Assembly: GCA_964247055.1 (NCBI GenBank)
Contig: OZ176059.1
Span: 2,108,001-2,172,000, forward strand
Direction: 5' to 3'
Length of the DNA: 64,000 bases
DNA from: Paragordius varius
Taxonomy: Eukaryota > Animalia > Nematomorpha
A program made the translations under genes and the position numbers. Below the pieces are notes generated by a model that ran no database searches, was not told the origin of the DNA, and saw only the letters and a program-made list of their open reading frames with translations. Positions 1 to 13,629 of the stretch are shown piece by piece; positions within the stretch are counted from its first letter, which is position 1, and the number at the start of each line of letters is the position of its first letter.

Positions 1-1619
1 GCTTCGTCAGTTAAAACGACTGATTTTTGTACCGTTATAGCGCTCCCAAGACCATTTTGGCCATCATAATTGGAGTTTGGTGGGAGACAACAAGTGCTCA
101 TTTGTAATTCATTACCACCATCATGCGCATCTGTTATTAAGACAAAAAATAATTTAATAAATTTTAGTTAAAAATATATATATATTTAGCCTAGGCACGT
201 CGTTTTTGACCATGTGTAAATAAAATGCAATTCTATTATAAATAACTAATTAAATTACTCTTTACAAAGTGAGTGTTATGTTTTTAACCTTAAAATATTT
301 TCCTTTTTTATAAAATCTATACTTTTTTATTGTTGATTAAATCATTTTTTCTTGTTGTGATAGATAGCCACATGATTATTGATAAAATCATTATCATTAT
401 TATTATTTTAAATAATATATATACATACACATTGTATGTTACCAGTTCATTGACTCTTATAAAATAAATTATTATTCTTTTTTTTCATTATTAATATTTA
501 CATAAACAGTAAAAGAATATTCCCTATTTTGTGCTTGCTTTTGTATATGTGCGTTATAAATAAGAATATTGTTAAATATTATATATATATTTATATATAT
601 AGGCAGAGAGGGGTTAACAAACTTTGCCAGCCATATCAAGGTTATTAACCAACCACAACCATTTTTTTATTATATATTATTACAATAGTGTATGGTTAAA
701 ACAAAGTTTATCCACATAATTGTAAATGAGCAAAATCAATGCTTAAAAGGCAAGGGAGTTTAATTTTAACCATTCGTTGTTTTTTACCATACGCTACTGT
801 ATTTTTGTTAATATTATTTTATTTTTTTTCTTATTATTAATTATAATTAAATTAAAAAAGAGATCTTCTCATTTATATATTTTTAATATAAAAAAATAAA
901 TTAACTAATAACCTCAATAAAAATCTGATATTTGATATTGCACAACTTACAAATATATATATTTGATAGTATATTGGTAATTTTTTATTTTTTCCAAAAA
1001 ATTGACCCAAATTTGTTTTATATGTGTGTTATCAAAGAGAAATGAATTCATATTAAAATAATAATTTTGAAAAAAATAAAAAATATATATTTATGTAATA
1101 CGGATATAAAAAAATAAAAAATGGTTTTAATTTCTTAAAATTGTATTATGTTCACACATTACAGACTAATTTTTAAAACTTCAGAATCTATAATATATAT
1201 ATATATATTATAAAAACTTTGTTAAAAGTTAAAAATATAAAATATATAAAAAACGCAAAATATTTACCCGTACTATTTTTGCATAAGGATTTGAGATGTT
1301 TGATGGTTTCTTCATTGTTCTTGATAAACTTATCGTCAATTAAATTATCTTTGATATGGAAATTAGGGTTTCCCATTTCAAAATCAAATTCAAGTACATT
1401 ACTTTGATTGGTCCTTTTCAATGTTTCGTCTGCCGTACATATGTCTGATGTTGGAGCCAGGCGCAAACGTTTGACCATTTTTGAGTTTTGATGTTGAACC
1501 TGCTGTTGGTAAGAAAGTGAAGATGGCGCAAATTTCAAGGGTCCAGCATGGGTATTATTGCCGTTATGGACACCGTTTCCACCCTCATTCAATACAAAGC
1601 AAACACTTTTGAAGGGCAT
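1..1619 (-). CDS. 5' part of an unidentified protein-coding gene (continues off the left edge)
   Basis: Exon 1 1619-1268 (ATG...KNSTG, donor ACGG|GTAAAT, phase 1). Exon 2 starts at 130 (taacag|AT) and reads DAHDGGNELQMSTCCLPPNSNYDGQNGLGSAITVQKSVVLTDEA open to base 1. Phases match. No domain recognised. Confidence 0.7.
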
Positions 1620-2368
1620 TTACTAATGATGTGTAGGTCTGCCCCACAAAAACTTGTTGGAATTTTGCGTTAAAATTTTCGTTTTTTAGCGGACTTTAAC
1701 TCAAATCATAGAGAGTCAGGCGGAAGAGAGGGATAAATGAAGATTTACATTGACCGCAATTTTTTCGTAGGTTTCGGTCGTTTGATTATATATATAGGGG
1801 CTAAAAATCGTTTTTATGGACATTTCAATACAATATCTTCCAAATTAGCCATATATATGTATGTTATAATTCAATATATCATATTGTATCAGTAGACAAG
1901 AGATAGGAGACATAATCCCAAAAAATAGTGGTGTCAATTCTATCACCAAAACCAAAGTAAAATATCAATCCTAAATATAGAATATCATGCAGGTTGTGTC
2001 ATAAATGTTTCCATATGAATTCACATGGTATCATTGGATAAAAAGGTAGTTTATCGACGTTAATTAACAAGTCAATTTCATTTTACTAATAGATAGATGG
2101 ATAGCTAGATAGTTATCATTATTGTATCCGTTGTTTAAATATCAGCTGATCTGTAAAAGTTAAATGTGTTGGTCTAGACGACAAATTTAAGTTAGGACGG
2201 GGGGTTACTATAAAATTATTTATATAGAGAACACGAAATTTAAAGTAGGAACACCACACAACATAAGACAATAGAAGAGAGGATAACAGTAATGAAATTT
2301 TTATTTCTGTGTTCGTTCTTGTGTTCATATAATAATATATTGAAGCGTAAAAATAGAACCTTGATTTT

Positions 2369-2394
2369 TAAGAGAGAGAGAGAGAGAGAGCGCG
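2369..2394. repeat. (GA)n tract followed by gcgcgc, about 750 bp upstream of the left-hand gene
   Basis: Only substantial GA repeat I noticed in the window; could be a GAGA-type promoter element (inference). Confidence 0.5.
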
Positions 2395-3753
2395 CATAAA
2401 AAAAAGGATATAGAGAAGTAAGGAAAAAATAGTAAAGCGAGAGAAGTTCAATGACTTGCCTTAATTCAATACTAATAGAGTATTTACTCTTTTTACTTTA
2501 ATACTTGAGCATTATATTATAACAGTATTTTGTTTTTAGCCTCTGTAAGTTGCGTTTTTCATTTAAACGATTAAGTAATGCTTTACAAGTAATAGTGTGT
2601 TTAAAATTTGATTTTTTTTCCATTTTTATTCTAAAAATGATTTTTATAAGACGACTTTTTTTGGGGGGGATGAGGATAGGGCACATTGAAAAGACAAGTG
2701 TCAACTGTTTTTACCATTATTGCGACAATGTAAATCTGTAAAATAAAGTTCAATAACAATAAAAGTGATGGAGAGAAGACAAATCATATATTATGTGTAT
2801 ATATGTAATTAAAAATATTATATATATATACATAGGATAATTTAGATTTATTTTTTATAAGGAACAGTTATATATATATATATTATAATTTGTGTTTACC
2901 TTCAAAAACAACACTGAAAAAAAAATAGAAAAAAAATAGAAAAATAAAAAAAGGTCATTGGCCTTTTTAACGTTTAAATAATGTAACAAATAAATATGTA
3001 TATTATTCTTGTTGTTTTCAGTTCGTTAATGATTTTTTTAATCAAAATAAAAAATGTTTCAATTTTTGAATTTTTCAACTTTGCTAAAAATAGTTTTTTA
3101 GTATCTTTTTATTAATTAACATGTATTCAATTATTTTTTTAATTTTCAAGAAAATAATTAAAACTTTTAGATTTTTATAATAGATATAATAAGATATTTC
3201 CAATTTCAAATAAAATATATATTTATTTATTAATATTTAAAATTTAATTTTCATTTTTTTAGAAATGACCTTCAAGATAAAAAAATATTATTTTTTTGAA
3301 ATAAAAAGAACAAAAAAATGAAGAGGAGTAACATGTAAAAAAATGTTATAGTGAGATAGAGAGGTCGTTGACCGCTTTGAAGGATATTTTTATTATACCA
3401 TTAATGTATGGTATAAAATTAGTTTGTCCATAATTAAATAGTACACAAAAGGGAAAAAATTGTTTAATTTTAACCATTGATTGTTTGTTACCATACGCTA
3501 CTGTTTTTTATTTTTTTTATTTATAATAAACCATATACATATGTAAATAAAAAATCGATATTATTACATACAAAAAAATATAAAAATTACTTTTATAGGG
3601 GGGGCATTGAACTTTTCTTGCTTATTTTCGCTATGTCTATCTATATATTTATAAATATTATGATGACACTGATATTGAAAAAATAGAATAGAAAAAAATA
3701 AAACCCCCCTTTTTTATAATTTTTGATTCATAAATACAACAAGAAAAAATATA

Positions 3754-3920
3754 CAGTAGCGTATGGCATAAAACAATATTAGTCCATAAAAGAAAAAATG
3801 TTTTTTTAAAAAAACAAGCCTAGTTATATGTACACATATCCATAATATCCCCTTGTTTTTTAAAAAAAACATTTTTTCAATCTTTTATGGACTAATGTTG
3901 TTTTATGACATACGCTACTG
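3754..3920. mobile_element. 167-bp foldback MITE (TA|CAGTAGCGTATG termini)
   Basis: About 75-bp inverted arms, TA flanks. Related termini at about 683-800, 3400-3503, 19280-19340, 28262-28375, 29493, 39128-39210 and 42575-42690. Confidence 0.85.
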
Positions 3921-4955
3921 TATATTTTTTTACAGTAAAGAACAATATCAATGGTTATGAGGATGTTTTTTTAATTGTCAAAAGGGAAAAATATTAACTG
4001 TATGTAAGCAATAGTATGAGTAAGTCTACATTGTGCTAGAAAGTTATTAATTATTGCCAAATAATAAATACAACCAAAGAGGAATTACTATTGGCTTATA
4101 GCTATATTTTTCACTACCTTTATTAAGCAAATACATTTTCTTAATAACCAATAATATTTCTGTTTACCGTGAAAATTATATAAATTAACTTTTCTATATA
4201 CCTTTTAACAGAAACCAGTTGTCTTAGTGGTTACTACGGTCGTTATTAATGTTAAATTTTAATCCCTTATACGGTTAATATATGCGTTTTAAAACTTTAA
4301 CTATCTAAATCATATAAATATATCCTTGTAATTTCGGTAAGGGTAGAAAATTACTTTTCTTTGTAAAATATATGCCGATTAATTAAACACAAATTAGTAA
4401 ACTTTGAAAGTTTTATTATTATTTTTTCCGTCCTTAAATTTTTATCAAGGTTTAAAATTAATAGCCGAAATCACAATATTTAATGGAAAAAATTATATAA
4501 AAGTTAATAAAATACGAGGATTTAATTAGCTGATATATATCAATATTATAATCAAGTGTGCTCATCAAAAAAAAGATAACCGTGTGATATTTGATTTTCG
4601 AAATTTAATTAGTTTATGGATAATTACTTCAATATCTTGTTTATAATATATTTTAATTGGAATCATGTGAATTCAATAATATATGAATATTTGCAGTCAT
4701 AAAACTAACTTATGAAAAGCGACCATTTTGAAATCATACATTCTAAATTATAGTGAATAAACCGTTTTTACCCGTTTTGGGGTAAAATTTATCAAACTAT
4801 ACATATAAGCTTAAAATCATGTCATTTTTATAATTAAAAATAATTAATAATTTTTGAATGTGAAGTGCTGCTTAACTCAGCCAGAATATTTAGTACACTT
4901 CCAAAAAACGGCCAAAAAAAGAAAAAATACTAATAGAACTGATTTATTCAGAATC

Positions 4956-5248
4956 CAGTATAAATTAAAATTATACGGACAAAGCGTAAAAATATAAAGA
5001 CAAATGTTTTTATTAAAAGACAACCAACTTTTTTAAACCTTAATTTTTCCCATATAAGCTATTTAATTACAATTGTAAAATATAGAATTGATTGTGTTTA
5101 TTATATGTATCTTTATTTCACACTTTGCCATTTAAAACAATGAGTTATATTGAAATAAATCAAGATTAAAAAAGTATGGTTGTCTTTTAGAAAAAAATAT
5201 TTGCCTTTATATTTTTACGTTTTTTCCGTATAATTTCAGTTTTTACTG
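4956..5248. mobile_element. Representative of an abundant TA|CAGTAAAA-TTGAAATTATACGGACAAAACG foldback MITE family
   Basis: Long inverted arms. Other copies at about 13798-14056, 18625-18912, 39745-39990, 40735-40925, 48577-48871, 62471-62807 and 63120-63480; half copies at 9357, 15107, 16265-16344, 29120-29205 and 32590-32668. Confidence 0.8.
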
Positions 5249-6217
5249 TAATAGTCAGTTAGAAATACTGGGAGAGATTTGCCACCGTTTCTAGATCTTT
5301 TGAGTAATTTGAAAGCGAAAATGTGACAAAAACTCTACTTTTAGCTTATCTGTTTGCGTTTAATTTCGGCCAAGATGTTATGGAATTTAAAAATGACGTG
5401 CAGGTCGCAATGAATAAATAATAGTCAAACCTCTTTCTTCACATTTTTCAATAAAGGTGATACTTTTTACAAAAGTATATTTTGCTAGGCGGCAAAAGTG
5501 ATTGATTACTTACAATATATTTTGTGAGACATATCAAGTTTTTGATAAAATGTTGTATGTGTATAATATCTAGGGCTGGGCTAACCAGCTTCTAAAAATC
5601 TAACCGGTTCTTTATATTTGAGTTGGCCAAATACAAATAAATATATGTCTTAATCAACCACAAAATAAGTCGACAGTCAAATCGATTGTATGTAACCGTT
5701 TTTTACTAATATATATATTTATAAAAATGGAAAATGCCAGCTTTGTGATCTGTTTCCGGAAAAGTGGTAGACCCATTCAAATCCAAATGTCGAATATATA
5801 TAATTATTAATGAATGCCCCGAGAGTAGCTCCGCTCTTTTTTGATTTAAGCCCCTAGTTCGGGCCCACCCCGTGTAAAAAACGGGTTTTTTATGTTCACA
5901 AAAATTGTCTTTGAGACATTTCCGGAAAACGTGTTGTACCATTCGATTACAAATATTTTTTACTTATTTATTGCGCCGAACATAGTCGGATCGCTTTTTT
6001 AATTTAGGCTCTCTTTTTACCCCCCTCCCCTCCCGTAAAATGCCATTTTTTCTAAAAAAACCATCCACAAAAATAATTTTTTAAATTTATTTTTCGCCCA
6101 AGGTATGAGACAGTAAAAATTCAATGAAGATCCATGTTAAAATTCAAAAATTTTAATCGTGCGTTTTTAAATATTGGCTGCTGAGTAAACAGATACTTGC
6201 TAAAAACTGCCCCGTCA

Positions 6218-6374
6218 CAGTGGCGTACCGAGCATTTGCGGCGCCCGGGGCATAAAAATTTTATGGCGCCCCCCCCCCCCCCTTTTTTTTAAAAGCCAAT
6301 AATACAATTTAGTAAAAAAAATACAAACGTTGTAGCCTAAACACCATAGATAAGACAGCACAGTCATATAAATA

Positions 6375-6420
<46 letters not shown>

Positions 6421-7481
6421 ATACAGAGCTTCTTAAACAATGGGTCGCGACCCCAGATAAAATTAAAATTTAACAAAAAATGTTTTTTTAACTTGTAAAA
6501 TCTATATGTTTATAAAAATGGAAAATGCGGCTTTGTATGTTTCCGGAAAACCGGTAGACCCATTCATATCCAAATGTCGAAAAAATATAATCATTAATGA
6601 ATGCCCCGACAATAGATTTATCTTTTTTTGAATTAGGCCCCCAGTTCGGGCCCACCCCGTGTAAAAAACGGGTTTTTTTGAAAAATCGTGTCTTTAAGAC
6701 AATTTTCCTGAAAACGTGTTGGACTATTCGATTTCACATATATTTTTTTACTTATTTGATTTGCGCCAAACATAGTCGGCTCGCTTTTTTAATTTCGGCC
6801 CCCTTTTTACCCGCTCCCCCCGTAAAATGCCATTTTTTTTAAAAAAAACAAAAATAATTTTTTGAATCTATTTTTCGCCTAGGTATGAGACCGTTTGGCC
6901 CCAGTAAACAATATATTAGTATGAATGCACCGTTTTAAAATTTTATTCAGAGCTATTAAATAATGTTTCGAAATACTTTTTCAAATAGCGCCCCCCTCCC
7001 ACCCGAAAGTCCGAAGGGCTTCCTCGGCTTCTTAGAAGCCCGAGATTTTCGCTAGTTATATATAAAAATAATGTTTTTGTTGCATATATTGAATTTATCT
7101 TATGATAATGACGAACAATAATGATTTAAAAAATTTGTAAATCTAGGAGAATTTTACAATACATAAACAGAATTATAATGCATTTTATTTAATAAAATAT
7201 TAATTATATGAAGATCAAAATTATCAATTATATTATTAAAATCTATCATATTTTTCTTTTTACACTCTCAAAAATGTAAGTCATTTTGTTTTATGGTACT
7301 AATTAGGTGAATAATATAGAGTAGATATTTTAGGGATTATTACCTAATTCTGAAAAATCTCATTTGAAAGTTCTTATTATTTTTGCATAATTAAAATTTA
7401 ATTAAAAATCATTTAGGCGCCCCTAAATAACAGCGCCCGGGGCATGATGCACCCCCTTGCCCCCCCCTCGGTACGCCCCTG
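6218..7481. mobile_element. hAT-type MITE
   Basis: TIRs cagtggcgtaccgag / ctcggtacgcccctg (14 of 15 match); perfect 8-bp TSD ccccgtca at 6210-6217 and 7482-7489. Confidence 0.9.
6501..7055 (+). mobile_element. Short non-autonomous Helitron
   Basis: A|TC 5' end at 6501; 3' hairpin ctcggcttc-tta-gaagcccgag followed by attttcgCTAG|T; no TSD. Confidence 0.85.
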
Positions 7482-10400
7482 CCCCGTCATATCGAAAAAG
7501 CGTGCCTTTGGAACTAAATTTCAGAAAACCTATCCCGCCATGTGAGATCTATAGGGTCTTAAAATATAACCCGTAACAAGGCAGAAATTTAGGTGGTGAG
7601 GTTTTTTAAAATTAGCCGTTAATTAGGCCTTTTCCGCCAAGAAAAATGCACTACCATAGAATAATTTTTTAGTTTTGAGGCAATTTTTCCAAAAACTAAA
7701 GAGATCATATGGAATCAATCATGATTACAGGTATTCTACGTAAAACGGCAACAATTTTAATCAAGCGCTTTCTTTGTATTACCCTCTGGGTAGGGAACTA
7801 CCCGCCTAAAACTGCGCCACATCGAAATTGCGTTCTTTAGGAGTTAATTTTCGAAAAAACCTATGGGGCCATATAAGTTTAATAAGGGCCTGAAAAATTA
7901 CCCGTAAAAAGGCAAAAATTTAAGTCGAGCGGTTTTTTATAAATTAACCGTTAATTAGGCCGTTTACGCCCTAAAAAATGCACTATCATTAAACTATTAT
8001 AAAGTTTTGAAGCCATAGTTCCATAAACTCTTATGAACATATGGAATAAATGATGATTCCAGGTATTCCCATATAAAGGCAAAAATTATCGAACGTCTCT
8101 TGGCCACTGGGTAGGGCTGCCCGCCTACAACTGCGCCACCATATCGATACAGGACTTTTTGGAGGGAAATTTTAAAAAGCCTATCAGGCCACAAGTTCAA
8201 TAAGGGCTTGAAATATTACCCCAAAGGCAAAAATATAAGTGAATTTACAAAATTACCCCTTAATTAGGCCCTTGCCCTGAAAAATCCGCCACCATGGAAT
8301 GGCTTTTTGGTTTTGAGGCAATTTTTTGAAAACCCTACTAGAGCATATGGAATCAATCATGATTCCCGGTATAACTTGAATTCAGGCAAAAAATTTCATC
8401 TAGCGTTTTTTTGTTTAGCCCTTGTTTAGAGGGCTACCCCTGCGTCATTCATTATATGGATACAGCATGCCTTTGGGACCAACGGAAAACTATGAGACTA
8501 GAGTTCAATAAAGCCTAAAATATTAATTACCCCTTACAAAACAAAAATTTTAATATAGGGGCCTATTTTAATGAGTCGCTATGTAAAGTTTACGCCCTGA
8601 AATTGCCCCACCATTGAACAATTTTTTAGTTATGAAGCAATATTTTTAAAAACTTATAGTAACATATGGAATCCATGATAATTCCATATATTCCCCATGT
8701 AATGGCAAAAAACTGACCAACGCTTTTTTAAACCTGCCCCTGGGTAAGGAGCTACCCGATAAAAACTGCGCCATATAGTAATTGCGTTGTTTTGGAGCTA
8801 ATTTACAGAAAATTTATGACGCTATATGAGCGTTTTAAAAGGTTCAAACATTACCCGTAACAAGGTAATAATTAAGGCTGAAGGAGAAAGTTATTATTAT
8901 ATCTAAGAATTAAACAAATGTGTATAAGTCAAACACCTACTCCAAAAGGGCAAAATTATATATGTCATTTTAATAATTCTATAACCGTTGTCAAAAATAA
9001 AGCTTTTTTTGTACGTTTTACCGAATAAATGCTTATGTTTTTTTTATACTAAGCTCATTGCTGAATAAATATTTTTTCGTTAATATTGTTTAAATTTGGT
9101 GTGCTGGAACTTTTAAACCTTATACCCGCTCAAAAATATGTTTTCGAGGTCATTTTTCGCCTAAATTATGAGATCATACGCGTATAAAGGCCATGAGATT
9201 TACGCTAGTATATTATAACAAATAACTAATATGTCAAAAAAATTATTAATACTTTTACATTATAATTAAATACAATATTTTATATCTATTTCGGATCAGT
9301 GGTAAAGATTGGGTTAGTTTTTGAGCCATTGAAAGATAATACCGCTCAGACCTCTTACAGTAAAAATAGAAATTATACGGACAAAACATATAAGGACAAT
9401 AATTTTTATCCAAAGAACAAGCCAACTTTTTTAAATCTTAATTTTTCTCATATAAATTACATAAATACGATTTTTAATATAAAAAATTGATTGTACCAAT
9501 ATACATATTAATTTCATACTTACCAGGCGTGGTAAACATATGTTTATAAATTTTCTTCTGGTTTTATCTTCGCATTATAACAGAGAGTTACCAAATTACA
9601 AGTTTTAATTGTACCTAATTTGTTTTTTTAAACGATTTAACTGAACATTAATATCATAAAACGCAAAATTTTTTACAATATTATCAACAATAGAGAAAAC
9701 ATTGATTTGATTTGATAATTTTAATTTAACGACTTTCATAAAATACACAAATGCTAATTTTTTTAGTTTTTATACAATTAAATTTACATGGTATATATAA
9801 ATATATTTATCAGATTTTTAAGTAAATAAGCCATCTAGTTAAAGGGTAACATCAATTACCCAAATTGTAATTATATCTAAGTTTAGGGTAAATTTAACAG
9901 TTTTCACAAAAAAACCATTATGTTTCTGCTCTTGATGTATGCCGCCTATTGGGCTTAGTTTGTTGTAGTTAAAAGGTCTGTACTCCAAGTTTTTATCAGT
10001 TAAAACATTTTAAATATATACTTTTCCTAACTTATTATTTAGTTTTTAGAGTATTGTAGTAAAGTATAAGGTTTCATCTGTTCTACCATTTATGTTTTTT
10101 AAAATTCGACTTTTTTAATGCATTTTGGATTCAAAGTTGTAAAACATTACAGTCAAACTTTTTTAGTGCGGACTTTTTTGTCAGAAATAAACCTTGGTGA
10201 CTTTTTATGCAACACTATTATTTAACTTAGGAATATTTATAACTTTTTTTCTAATTTTATTTATAAGCTGCTTAAAAGTTATTTTTTTAAAATATTTGAT
10301 AATATACCATTTACAAGTCAAATTGACCCTCGAACAATTCAAATTCATCCTCAAATAACTATATTTGTTTAAAATTAAAATAATACTGAAAAAATAATAA

Positions 10401-12439
10401 ATACAGATATATTTTATATTAATGAGTTATATTAGTTCGAAACACATAATTTATTTTTAGGGTGAATTTCAATTGTTAAAGGGTGAATTTAACCTGTAAA
10501 TGGCACAATATGTAAAAATTGATGGATTTTTTTTAAATGCAGATTAAAATTGCAAAATTATGTTCTCTATTAAAATTATAGGTAAACCTATTTCCATTAA
10601 TTATATATACATATTCAACCAATTGTAGAATTTTTATGGCAAAATTTAACCAGCTTTGGATTGTAAAAATGGTATTTATAAATAAATTTTTATAATTTTA
10701 CCAACATTTTTTAATATTTTGTCTTATTAAATTTACAAAATTAAATTTAAGTATAAGATATGTTATGACTAAAGCTACCACCTTATTTTAACAAACACTA
10801 CCTTGATAAGTAGGTCGACTTTGAAAATATCCATAATTGTTTTAAGTAAAAAAAATAAATAAGTAAAAAATTTAAACATAAAAATGTGTTAATTGAGTTT
10901 ATTGTACTAATCTAGATATAATAATTTTTAATTTTGTCTTGAGGCCATTTTCCAATGATTTTTGTCCTTACATTAAAAGCTGCTAAATTATAATAATTTA
11001 TTTATATCCAATTTGTCGTTTTTTGGCTTAAAACCACTGTTGAAATTTACATAGTAGATTAAAAAAGAAATATTTTCTAAAAAATTTTATGAAAACAAGT
11101 GATTTTGGACATTTCAATATTCGTAGGCATCGCTTAAGTTACTTTGATTGAGGACAAAGAATCATCTAAATTGATTACACAATTAAACATGCACTTTTGT
11201 TTTTTCCAATCCAATCATATAAGTTAATATTAAATATTGTAATTAATTAACATTTGACTACATTTTAGAATTATAAATTACCCCAAAGCGTACCTTAAAA
11301 AATATTTGAAGATTGATAATTGTATATATATGGATATCTTTTCATATCGCTAGTTAATATTCATTTTATAAAAATTTAAATTTATTTATTATTTGTCAGC
11401 CCATTAAGGATTATTCAAAATTCACTGTTTTTTAGATGGATATGAAAAGCCATAAAATTATAAATAACAGAAGCTAAAAAATGTAAAATATACACCTTTT
11501 AATTTAAGATTGTTTAATTATTTTTTGATTAGCATTTTCTTTATTATGGGGCAAAAAAACACCACGATGAAGTGTTAACTGGTAAGGTTATATAATTGTT
11601 TGACGATATCAAAAAGCTGCTAAGTAATAAAAACAAATGTCTTTCCATCTCATTACAGCGAGTAATTATACATATATATTGTAATTTTCATTAATTAGTG
11701 CCAGATAGCATATAAAGCAAAGTACAATATAAAGGTTTTATTCTATTTCTAGTTATCCACCAGTAATAATTATTATTTTTATACTATGTTATCTGGAAAT
11801 TGGAGGCATAGCTTATATTTCTGGTGCCCTGTGCATGATTCCGTAATTATGGTGCCATCTCCCCCTCCATACAATCACCCCCTTATATTTTAAAGTTAAG
11901 GAAATTTAAACCGTGGACATGACCATTCATAAATGGGTGCTTTTTTATGTATTATATTTAAAATCATCGCTGTTAAATACCTAAATTAAATTTTTGAAAT
12001 CCGGTACTCCTTCAACTATAGCGTCTAGTGCAGCAGTTCCCCCCCCCCCCAGCTACGCCTCTATTACTAATATTTTATGAAAAACTATCAATATATATTT
12101 GCTGTATTTTGTTGGAGAGCATATTTTTGCAGTGTATATTATTTTAGAGATAGACAAATTGTGTTGGCAAATCCCCTTTTAGGCGTGAAATTTTATGAAT
12201 TTGTTTCTTTAAAAACATATTTACAAGTTTTAATTTGGGATGAATTTCTGCAATTTTGCTAAAAGTTTTTTTATCTATTATCTATTGTTTAAAGATGAAG
12301 ATAGATAGTTAAAAGAAGTAAGTCTCTTTAAGATATGATATTAAAAGAACAAGTAACGGTAATTATGGGCAAAATTAGGCATCTTTTATCTTCATATAGA
12401 GTATACACTTGTAGTCACAATTTACAGGTTTTTTGGTAA

Positions 12440-12880
12440 AAAAATAGGTAATATGAAAGGAAATGAGTTCATTTTATAAATACGTCCATCATCTACTACG
12501 TATTTAGTCTAATTCTCAGATAATATATGAATGCCATGCCAAAAAATTTGATTGTTATGCGTCCAACCCTTCGTCTAGCCATTATAAATCATCAAATCTA
12601 TTAAAGTGTCTCTGCCAGCATGTACCCCATTATTGCCAAGGAACAATGATTGTTTTCACTTTCAATTTACAAAGAATTCTTATCATTTGCCACAATTCGA
12701 GGCAAAATGATTCCTTTCGGGACGTTGTACAAGATTCACGAGTCACTTAATTTTCTTGACGTTCGTTTAAACTGTGTGTTCCCATTTATGAGTTTATTGG
12801 TCTCTCCCATTCTCGCTCTTAGAAATCTATTGATTGCTTTATGTAATGTGATGCTTCGGCTCTATACCGCTGAGTTTAAG
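12440..12880 (-). mobile_element. Ginger/GIN-like (Gypsy-type) integrase relic
   Basis: Minus-strand fragments QFKRTSRK...ILY...PRIV and GVHAGRDTLIDL resemble the N-terminal zinc-binding region (GHxGRDKT) of Gypsy-like integrases; interrupted by stops. Confidence 0.45.
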
Positions 12881-13420
12881 TAAAGGGGCATTAATACAAA
12901 TTAAATCGCTTCGCGGGCCGCATTTTCGACTTAAAAACCCAGCGATCCTCATTAGAAATATATATGAGCCTTTTAAATATTTCAATAGATTATAAACAGA
13001 CTGAAAAAACACCATATAACGATTCTAATTCGTTGCCAATTGGATTATTCACAAAATTTGTGTAAAAATTTATTTAGATTTTATAAGCATATTCAAATTC
13101 ACAAATTTTTTGCGGGCCGCGTGTTAGCGACCGAAGTAGATTATCGTATTATTGTATTTTGCTCAAATAGCCATACTCAGATGTAGCGCCGACAGGCAAA
13201 AAGGGACAATAAAAGATTTTTGCACAATGAATGGACTATTGAATATAATGTCAGTCATTTCGTAGGCTAGCAGATTAAATTTTTATTTAACCATTGCCAT
13301 CCAGGGTTTGAAAAAGATTCAATTTTTATTTTTTTTAAAAAAACTTATTGTACCCTTTCTGTCATGGCCATCATTTTTTGCAATATGGCTTTATATGCCT
13401 GGCTTCATTCCTAGTACCAG

Positions 13421-13629
13421 AGGCGTAAGGGGGGAAAAGGGGGGCTAATGCACTAAGCGCCATAGTTATAGGAACGAGGTATTTTACAATTTTGAAATTT
13501 CGTTTCAAAAAAACTGTATTTAAAAGTTATTATTATAAATAATACATAAGAATAAGAAATCACGGGGAGGGGGAGAGGGCACCATCACGGATTCATGCAC
13601 CTCGGTGCCAGAACAAGCTACGCCTCTGT
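13421..13629. mobile_element. Small hAT-type MITE
   Basis: Termini cagaggcgta / tacgcctctg; related ends at about 11800-12062; TSD imperfect. Confidence 0.6.

Larger units (their letters stand above)
5710..9208 (+). mobile_element. Long non-autonomous Helitron with internal ~320-bp tandem units (host of nested insertions)
   Basis: 5' end (t)atatatatttataaaaatggaaaatgccagc matches the family TCTATATATTTATAAAAATGG end; 3' end gagatttacgCTAG|T at 9208; repeat-unit anchors near 7488, 7817, 8140, 8452 and 8773. Confidence 0.75.

Noticed and set aside
9517-9540. U1 snRNA-like start ATACTTACCAGG
   Set aside because: Only 11 of 12 nt match; no downstream U1 stems, loop I or Sm site, and it sits within a MITE remnant.
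11533-11581. Exon-like segment HFLYYGAKKHHDEVLT with a GTAAG donor
   Set aside because: No compatible neighbouring exons or homology found.
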